Origin: Bdellovibrionales bacterium
GTDB taxonomy: Bacteria; Bdellovibrionota; Bdellovibrionia; Bdellovibrionales; JAGQZY01
DNA: 64,000 nt
Reading direction: 5' to 3'
Assembly: GCA_964230645.1 (NCBI GenBank)
Contig: CAXRHT010000002.1
Span: 1,312,001 to 1,376,000, forward strand
Shown here: positions 57,429 to 64,000 of the stretch, one piece after another
Numbering within the stretch: the stretch's first letter is position 1
Layout of the letters: the number at the start of each line of letters is the position of its first letter
Program-made: the position numbers and the translations under genes
Notes under the pieces: model-generated
What the model was told of the DNA's origin: nothing
Databases searched by the model: none
What the model saw: only the letters and a program-made list of their open reading frames with translations

Positions 57429-59107
57429 TGCTCACGGAATTAAAAGTTTCGCAATTTGCTATTATTGATAAGATTCATATCCACTTCAACGAAGGCCTCA
57501 ACATCCTTAGCGGGGAAACTGGGGCTGGGAAATCGATCCTGATTAAAAGCTTGGCTTTACTCATGGGGGCAAAATCCTCAAGCCAGGATATTCGTAGCAA
57601 TAAAAATTCAGCGACCATTGAAGGGGCCTTTGAACTTGGAGACCGCAAAGACATCCAAGAAAAACTTGATTTTATGGGCATTGAAAACGACGAAACAAAA
57701 CTGATCGTTCGCCGTGTGATCCAGAAAAACGGTAAAAGTAAAGTGTACCTTAATGGTCACCTTTCTACCGTTTCCGATCTTAGAAAAATTGTTTTTCCTC
57801 TTGTCACTCTTGGTAACCCCACCGAAGCTCCCCTTGTAGAGATCACAGGACAACACGAGAGTAAAGATCTTATGTCCCCAAGCTACCAATTGGACACCTT
57901 GGACCAATTTTGCGGAAACATGAAACTTCGCGATCAAGTAAAAACGCTTTTCGAGGAAATTGTAGAACTTAAGAATAGAAAAAAGGAATTAGAGGAACGC
58001 TCCGGTCACAGGGAGCAACAAATTGACTTTCTTGAGTTTCAAATTCAGGAGATCGAATCTCTCGAAATTTCAGAAAACGAAGACGAAGAACTCACCAGCA
58101 AAATCAAAGATTTGAAAAATCAGGAAAATTGGCAGGAATGGATTCATGAAAGCCTCGAATCCATTTATGAATCGGATCGTTCTGTTCTTGCCCTTTTAAA
58201 AAAGACTCTTTCCAGAGCACCGGACCACTCCTCTGTTGCAGACATTAAAAAAGGTCTTGAGGAGGCCTCGACCCTCCTTGAAGATGTGGCCTTTCAACTG
58301 CAAAACAAAGTCGATTCCGAGGACGACTCTGAGGAATCACTCGAGGTTCTTGAGGATCGCCTCTCCCGTATTCGCAAACTACAGAAAAAATTTGGGGCTA
58401 GCGTTGAGGAGATCTTTTCCTCTCTTAAAGAAATGAAAAAAGAGCATCAGGAACTCAGTCACCTCTCGGAAACACTCGATCAAATCGAAGAAGAAATTCA
58501 AAGCAAACAAAAAGAGTTCCTTACAGTAGCCGACAAACTTCACAAAAAACGGGAGAGCGGAGCCAAACTTCTAGCTAAAGAGGTCAACAACGAGCTCTCC
58601 GAGCTCAACATGAAGGGTTTACAATTTTTGGTGACTGTGGAGAAGCAAAAAGAGTTTATGGCTACAGGCCTTGATCGTGTTTTGTTCAAAACCCAAACCG
58701 GGAAAAAAGACAAAGCCTTTGAACTTTCCAAAGCCGCTAGTGGCGGTGAACTCTCCCGAATCCTTTTATCTTTGAAACAAGTGATCGGCGCCAACCAATT
58801 TCCACGAACTTTTCTTTTCGATGAAGTGGACACTGGAGTGAGTGGACCCACGGCTGAAAAAGTAGGAGCAAAGTTGAAAAACCTTGCCAAGCATCAGCAA
58901 GTGATCTGTGTTACCCACCTCCCTCAAGTCGCCTCTTTTGGAGATCATCATTTTTATATCGAAAAGCAACCGACAAAAGACAGCGTTGAAATGTCTGTGG
59001 TAAGGCTTGAAAAAAAGCAAAGAGTCGAAGAGATTGCACGCCTGATTTCTGGAGAAAAAATCACCAAAACGAGCCTGGCTCACGCCAAGCAGCTCCTCAA
59101 TCTCTAG
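57428..59107 (+). CDS. recN: DNA repair protein RecN
   Basis: GETGAGKS, coiled coil, ASGGELSR, FDEVDTGVSG and VTHLPQVA; follows nadK with a TAATG overlap. Confidence 0.96.
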   Translation: MLTELKVSQFAIIDKIHIHFNEGLNILSGETGAGKSILIKSLALLMGAKSSSQDIRSNKNSATIEGAFELGDRKDIQEKLDFMGIENDETKLIVRRVIQKNGKSKVYLNGHLSTVSDLRKIVFPLVTLGNPTEAPLVEITGQHESKDLMSPSYQLDTLDQFCGNMKLRDQVKTLFEEIVELKNRKKELEERSGHREQQIDFLEFQIQEIESLEISENEDEELTSKIKDLKNQENWQEWIHESLESIYESDRSVLALLKKTLSRAPDHSSVADIKKGLEEASTLLEDVAFQLQNKVDSEDDSEESLEVLEDRLSRIRKLQKKFGASVEEIFSSLKEMKKEHQELSHLSETLDQIEEEIQSKQKEFLTVADKLHKKRESGAKLLAKEVNNELSELNMKGLQFLVTVEKQKEFMATGLDRVLFKTQTGKKDKAFELSKAASGGELSRILLSLKQVIGANQFPRTFLFDEVDTGVSGPTAEKVGAKLKNLAKHQQVICVTHLPQVASFGDHHFYIEKQPTKDSVEMSVVRLEKKQRVEEIARLISGEKITKTSLAHAKQLLNL

Positions 59108-59115
59108 GGAGCTGT

Positions 59116-59634
59116 TCACTTTTCTTTTTTTACATTAGGAGTTTTTGCTGATTTCTCAGAGGTGGAAGAAATTCCTCGCTTGTAATCACAAAGCCCGTCG
59201 ATACCTTTCACCAGATCATTTTTTTTGAGAGGCAAAAGGACAAGGGTTGGGTTCTGATCACATTTATTTCCAATCAGTTTGTAAACACTGATTTCAATGT
59301 TGTCCAAATCCATGTCTATATTATGAAAGGAACAAATTTTATCGTCTTTCTCAATACCTGCTTTTCTCATAGCGGTTTGGTACTGGCTGGTTTGATTGAT
59401 AAGGAACCAAGAGTTTTGGTTGGAGCACTTGACCTCACCAATTAATTCCAATTGACTGGGACCGTGTTCGATTTGAGTTCCATCAGCCGAAACTCGAACC
59501 TGATTGTTCTCTTCATTTCGAATATGAAGGGTTTTTATATTGCCTTTGGCATCCTCTGACAGGGAGGAGGCCAAGGTTGGTTGAATAAAAATAGTTATAG
59601 CTAAAGTGCAAAGAAGAGTTTTAACAGTGATCAT
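59116..59634 (-). CDS. Secreted hypothetical protein coupled to the M15 peptidase
   Basis: ATG 59634 forms an ATGA overlap with the peptidase stop; signal peptide MITVKTLLCTLAITIFIQPTLA; four Cys in the mature chain. Confidence 0.7.
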   Translation of the reverse strand: MITVKTLLCTLAITIFIQPTLASSLSEDAKGNIKTLHIRNEENNQVRVSADGTQIEHGPSQLELIGEVKCSNQNSWFLINQTSQYQTAMRKAGIEKDDKICSFHNIDMDLDNIEISVYKLIGNKCDQNPTLVLLPLKKNDLVKGIDGLCDYKRGISSTSEKSAKTPNVKKEK

Positions 59635-60473
59635 CTTGATGAATCTCCTCCATTGCCATTTCCTGGTCGATAATTGGGACTCGATCTTGAGCGCATATAC
59701 TCTTGCTGACATCCACCCCACATACGGCGGCGGCCATTATCAATATGAAAACGTCCCGAACAGTAAAGCCCTAGGCCACCTATTCGGTTGGCCAGTAAAT
59801 AAGCCGCGACGTTATGCCTTGGAACATTGGATACGGTAAAGTCAGCAGCCCGACATTGAATATGGAGAGAGCCTGAAGCGCCCCCTCGACGAGCGTTATC
59901 AGCACGGGAGCGATGGGCCGACATCAGATTGACTTCCCAGCCCATAGCCACCATAGCGTTGAGTTGTCTTTTTACTTCTTGGGGTAAACAGGAATGTCTG
60001 TCCCCCGTTGAAATATTCACACCTTGGAGCTGGCCCCCAGTAACACTGATTGAGCCATCTTCATTAGCCCTCATCTGCCCTTCTCCGGCTACGGTGGAGC
60101 AAAGGCGGTATTGATCATCACCAGTGGTACAATAATTGGTTGATCGACTGCCACAGTCTTCGGCCGGCCAATAAACATTTCCCACTTTGCAATATCTCTG
60201 AGCCGGCGCCTGTGAGGCATTCCCACAGTTGTAATATCCACGACGACGGCTAAAACAGTAGGTTGTCGGTTCACTAAAGTGACTACAGATATTGGACTCA
60301 CGACTATCGTAAAACCATCGACCTCGACGGCAATAAGCCCCCGCCTCGGCCTCTAGTGGTATGAAAAGAGGAAACATTAAAATACCCAGAAAAACGAGGC
60401 CCCAGAACCATTGGCAATGACTCCAATGATTATGGCTGTTTTCTTGTTTCTTTTTATTTTTTCTTTTTATCAT
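59631..60473 (-). CDS. Exported peptidase M15 (YcbK / M15_3-like) peptidoglycan peptidase with Cys-rich N-terminal repeats
   Basis: SAHRS...N...GGASGSLHIQCRAADF and GLGLY...FHIDNG zinc motif; signal sequence ending AEA. Confidence 0.85.
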   Translation of the reverse strand: MIKRKNKKKQENSHNHWSHCQWFWGLVFLGILMFPLFIPLEAEAGAYCRRGRWFYDSRESNICSHFSEPTTYCFSRRRGYYNCGNASQAPAQRYCKVGNVYWPAEDCGSRSTNYCTTGDDQYRLCSTVAGEGQMRANEDGSISVTGGQLQGVNISTGDRHSCLPQEVKRQLNAMVAMGWEVNLMSAHRSRADNARRGGASGSLHIQCRAADFTVSNVPRHNVAAYLLANRIGGLGLYCSGRFHIDNGRRRMWGGCQQEYMRSRSSPNYRPGNGNGGDSSR

Positions 60474-60551
60474 TCAGTTTCCATTTTAGCCGCTTTTACG
60501 CTCACTCGCCATTTTGAGACAGCAAATGTCTTATTTTGGCTCACAAGCCTT

Positions 60552-63500
60552 TTAGGGTTGAGCTAAACCTTTGTTTTCATTGAAAAATTTCTTTTTGAAC
60601 TCCATGACTTTTTTAAAGTCATTTTTCTTCTTTAAGGAGTCTTTGATTTTTTTGAGGAAGTCCCTTTCGATCTCCTCCATGCGCTCAACCCCTTGATCCA
60701 CAAAATTTCCATTAATCTTTTTCATCTCCGAATCTAACTCTCGAATCAAATTGGCTTCATGGGCTATGAAAGGCACTAGATTGTTTTCATCCAAACGCAA
60801 TTCATGAATAAAGAACTCTTGCAGCTCAAGAATCCATTGCTCGCGGTAAGCTTTATTAAGCTCCACGTCTACGTAGTCCTCAGTATAAAGAACCCTTTCC
60901 GTGTAACTATCTTTAAACTCGGGCACCTTCTCCGGATGAAACTCTTTTGAAAGATCGTTTTCTTGCTTCACCTTTTCGATCTGCTCTTTGGTGTCCTTTG
61001 CGACTTGAGCGGCAATATTTCTACCGGAATCTTTAAAAAGTTGTTCGATGGTTGGCATCAACATAAAAAGTAGAACAATTCCAGCAAGCCCAGCTCCAGA
61101 GAAAATATAGAATTTTTTAACATTCTTTTGATCCTGGCTGGGATCAATATCCGAGAAATTTTCCGTGTCGAGGATATCGCTATCCACATCGTCAAGCATG
61201 ATGGCATTGATGGTTTTCCCTAAAATACCACCGACTTTGTCAATTTGCTCGGTATCCTTGAGAAAGGGGGTGATTCTTGCTCTGAGCACATCATTTAACT
61301 CTTTACGAAGAACAAGAACTCTTTTTCTATTTCTCTCCCCTTCTTCTTCTTCAAATCGTTTGCGCTGCTCTTCGAGTCGATCCACGGCCTGCTTACGAAT
61401 ATCTTGAATTTCTTCTTCTGTTTCTTTCTTGCGTGATTCGATTTCCGCTTCCAGTCTGGCAATCTCGTCACTCGCTTTGCCTTCGGTTTCGCTCACGATG
61501 TCACCAGCACGTTTTTCGGCCATTTCAATCATTTGGGCTGCTTTACTTTCAGCTCTTTCAAGAATTTCTCCAGCCTCTTTTCTCGAGTCCGATAATAATT
61601 GCCGCTTTTCTTTATCTATTTCTTCTTCGAACTGAGTTCGTCGTGCCTGCATTTCAGCATCGACCATTTCTTGTTGCTCTCCATGATAGGCGTCCGCTTT
61701 CTCTTTTGTTGATCGAGCGTACTGGTCGGCCTCTGATTTTGTCTTTTGATAATAGCGATTGGCCTCTTTGGTGTTTTCTTTTAGATATTGATCGGCCTCA
61801 GAGCATTTATTTTTGTGATAAGTATCAGCTTCAGAATTTTTTTCCTCAAAATATTTGTCAGCCTCTTCAAATTTTTGGCCATAGTATTCGTCAGCGGATT
61901 TTTTCTTTTCTCTTTCGTAATTCTCGGCTTCCATTCGAGTTTTTTGATCATAACTAAGGGCTTCTTGGCGCAGTTTGGAGCTATACTCTTCGGCTTGCCG
62001 ACGCATATCCTCACTACGGGCGTCAGCGGCCGCGTATTTTTCTTTAAGCTCCTCTTCCATCTTGTTTTTGATAGACTCGGACTCATTACGTAGCTTAAGA
62101 GCCTCTTTTTCGGCCTCTTCCACTAAAGCCAGAGATTCAGCTTCTGCTTGTCCAAGAATGTCTTGAGATTCTTCCCTGGAATCAGCTAGAATTTTACTAG
62201 CCTTCTCTTTGGCGTTGGCTATATTTACATCAATTTCTTTTGCGGCTCGGTCTTTTTTCTTTTGAATTTCTTTGTCAGCCTGCTTTTCTTTTTCTTCTTG
62301 GGCCTGGAGGCGAGACTCAATCTCCTTATCAATTTCAGCATTGCGTTGCTGTTTTATTTTGCTGAGTTTAAATAAATTGTCTTCAGCTTCAATGACTTTT
62401 TCGTTGAGCTCATCCAGACGCTTCTCGGCCACCGCAGCCTTTTCTTGAGCCTCTTGCGCCCCTTGCTTATTGTCTTCAATCGATTTTAATAAATTCTTGA
62501 AGTCGGCCTCAAGCTCCCCCACTTTTCTCTTCGATTCGGCGATTTCGTCGACAAGATCATTGCGGTTTTCTTTCAAGCGAGGAATCTCTTCATTGAGACT
62601 TTGAAGAGCTTCATCTCTTTGAGACTCAAGGTCACTCACCTTTGATTTTAAAGCGTTAAGCTTAGATAGCTCCTCGCCATAGGACTTTTTAGACTGTAAA
62701 GTCATTTCTTCGTGTTCTCGTTGTGTCTTTTTAAGAACCGAGATTTCTTCTTCTAGATGATCTTTTTTGTCACTTTGTTCTTCAATGTCTTTGGTGAAAC
62801 GAACATTTTCATCTTTGAGCTGTTCATTCTTAAGCTTTGCTTCAGCGATAATTTCAGCGTGGCGATTTTGAGCCCTTAAAAGAATATCTTCTCGTAAGTT
62901 CTCAGCCTCCTCTTTGGCTTTATTTTTGGTCTCTTCACTCTTTTTTTCAATTTCCTTAAGCTTATCTTTAGCGCTTTTTAAAATTTTCTCGGCTTTTGAT
63001 TGAGCCGAACCCACTATTCTCTTGGCTTCACTTTCGGATTGCGTGCGAACCTCATTGGCCTCTTGTTGAAGACGCTCTTTTTCCTGAGCCGCTATTTCTT
63101 GGGCTTTCTCAATAAGTTCTTGCGACTTTTTTTCCGCTTCTCGAATTTGCTTTTCTTTATTGAAGCGCGCACTTTTGGCAATATAAACTAGGTTTTCAAA
63201 AATGTTGTCAACAGAGTCAGTGGCTTGGTTGAGAAAATTCTCCTTTTCCTGACCATGCTGAGTATTGAAATGGGTGACCGTACCTGTACGATTTTTAGTT
63301 TTTAATTCTTGTTTTTTCCGCTCAAGTTCCAAACCTTTTTTCTCTAGATCGTAATCAAGAGAGTCCCTTTGAAATATAGCGGTAATGCGTAGGCTACATT
63401 TTTTACCGGAATCGATGTAGAGACGATTGCCAGTTTTATACTCGTACTTCTCATGAGGCTCAAGGCGCTCTCCTTGTAAGTACGTTCCATTGGTGGATCC

Positions 63501-63686
63501 TAGGTCTTTGACAAAAATCTTATCATCTTCAAGAGTGATTTTAAGGTGCCTGCGGCTGACAACATCGGTTGGAATAGGGAGATCACACTCAGGGGCTCGC
63601 CCAATAACAAAGTTCTCAGACTTTATGTAAGCCTGATCTGCCTCTTTATCGAGTTTGTACTGTACCCAAAAATGTTTAAAAGCCAT
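60552..63686 (-). CDS. FHA-domain, long coiled-coil membrane protein
   Basis: FHA IGR...VSRRH...DLGSTNGT, roughly 650 aa of Glu/Lys-rich coil, a TM helix near aa 860-880 and a C-terminal extracytoplasmic domain. Confidence 0.9.
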   Translation of the reverse strand: MAFKHFWVQYKLDKEADQAYIKSENFVIGRAPECDLPIPTDVVSRRHLKITLEDDKIFVKDLGSTNGTYLQGERLEPHEKYEYKTGNRLYIDSGKKCSLRITAIFQRDSLDYDLEKKGLELERKKQELKTKNRTGTVTHFNTQHGQEKENFLNQATDSVDNIFENLVYIAKSARFNKEKQIREAEKKSQELIEKAQEIAAQEKERLQQEANEVRTQSESEAKRIVGSAQSKAEKILKSAKDKLKEIEKKSEETKNKAKEEAENLREDILLRAQNRHAEIIAEAKLKNEQLKDENVRFTKDIEEQSDKKDHLEEEISVLKKTQREHEEMTLQSKKSYGEELSKLNALKSKVSDLESQRDEALQSLNEEIPRLKENRNDLVDEIAESKRKVGELEADFKNLLKSIEDNKQGAQEAQEKAAVAEKRLDELNEKVIEAEDNLFKLSKIKQQRNAEIDKEIESRLQAQEEKEKQADKEIQKKKDRAAKEIDVNIANAKEKASKILADSREESQDILGQAEAESLALVEEAEKEALKLRNESESIKNKMEEELKEKYAAADARSEDMRRQAEEYSSKLRQEALSYDQKTRMEAENYEREKKKSADEYYGQKFEEADKYFEEKNSEADTYHKNKCSEADQYLKENTKEANRYYQKTKSEADQYARSTKEKADAYHGEQQEMVDAEMQARRTQFEEEIDKEKRQLLSDSRKEAGEILERAESKAAQMIEMAEKRAGDIVSETEGKASDEIARLEAEIESRKKETEEEIQDIRKQAVDRLEEQRKRFEEEEGERNRKRVLVLRKELNDVLRARITPFLKDTEQIDKVGGILGKTINAIMLDDVDSDILDTENFSDIDPSQDQKNVKKFYIFSGAGLAGIVLLFMLMPTIEQLFKDSGRNIAAQVAKDTKEQIEKVKQENDLSKEFHPEKVPEFKDSYTERVLYTEDYVDVELNKAYREQWILELQEFFIHELRLDENNLVPFIAHEANLIRELDSEMKKINGNFVDQGVERMEEIERDFLKKIKDSLKKKNDFKKVMEFKKKFFNENKGLAQP

Positions 63687-63711
63687 AAAAAATATACCTA
63701 GTCCAATAACC

Positions 63712-63739
63712 TTTTCGGCCGGTCCCCTTCTTTTTTTTA
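63712..63739 (-). promoter_or_regulatory. sigma28 (FliA)-like promoter of the FHA gene
   Basis: Minus strand TAAA-N16-GCCGAAAA, 25 nt before the ATG. Confidence 0.55.
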
Positions 63740-63818
63740 GCTTTCACAGTGCTTTTCCCAATTTCCACCCCTATCCTAGACCAAAGCCCCAAAAGGTACC
63801 TGGCTACTTTTAGGAAAT

Positions 63819-63848
63819 AAAAAAAGGAAGGTCCAAAACCTTCCTTTT
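63819..63848 (-). terminator. Intrinsic terminator of the upstream truncated gene
   Basis: AAAAGGAAGGT-ccaaa-ACCTTCCTTTT with a T7 run on the minus strand. Confidence 0.8.
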
Positions 63849-63873
63849 CGTTGATTGAAATTTATTAAGGAGA

Positions 63874-64000
63874 TTAAGCCACTCTTTGCTGACTTCTCTT
63901 TTTCTTTCCAAGAATCAAATCTTCATTGAGTGCTTGTTCAGCAAGAACCTCGTCTGGATTGCGGTTTTCGTCGAAATCCACAATGTTCTCAGGAAGTCTG
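63874..64000 (-). CDS. 3' end of an unidentified CDS entering from beyond the window
   Basis: Open frame ...RLPENIVDFDENRNPDEVLAEQALNEDLILGKKKRSQQRVA-stop, followed by a terminator. Confidence 0.6.
   Translation of the reverse strand, partial: RLPENIVDFDENRNPDEVLAEQALNEDLILGKKKRSQQRVA

Noticed and set aside
63791..63811. Imperfect palindrome AAAAGGTACCTGGCTACTTTT as a second repeat family
   Set aside because: Single imperfect copy in the window; cannot be shown to be a repeat.

Overview
Chromosomal segment that looks like a predatory Bdellovibrionota (Bdellovibrionales-like) bacterium. That assignment is inferred from gene content: an S74-chaperone fibre adhesin, a degenerate-GGDEF CdgA-like protein, an Agl-Glt motor cluster, AddAB and many secreted or lipoprotein hypotheticals. 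Housekeeping genes: nadB, addAB, rpsD, coaE, an acyl-CoA synthetase, an M3 peptidase, nadK and recN. Most notable: (1) three paralogous TraF/PorV/FadL-like outer-membrane barrels with two Cys-rich acidic lipoproteins behind a sigma28-like promoter; (2) a complete bacteriophytochrome hybrid kinase + heme oxygenase + divergent receiver module; (3) a secreted protein / diheme cytochrome c / Tat-DUF1501 operon; (4) an apparently catalytically dead histidine-kinase-like + GGDEF-like pair; (5) a reduced agl-glt operon whose AglQ-like subunit has Ser in place of the channel Asp; (6) an M15 peptidoglycan peptidase coupled to a secreted partner; (7) a Hanks kinase and an FHA/hendecad coiled-coil protein, both with sigma28-like promoters; (8) a TGTC-tagged REP-like family at five loci and a separate perfect 45-bp inverted repeat. 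No rRNA, tRNA, CRISPR array, transposase or integrase was recognised. All calls come from reading motifs by eye; no database searches were run.
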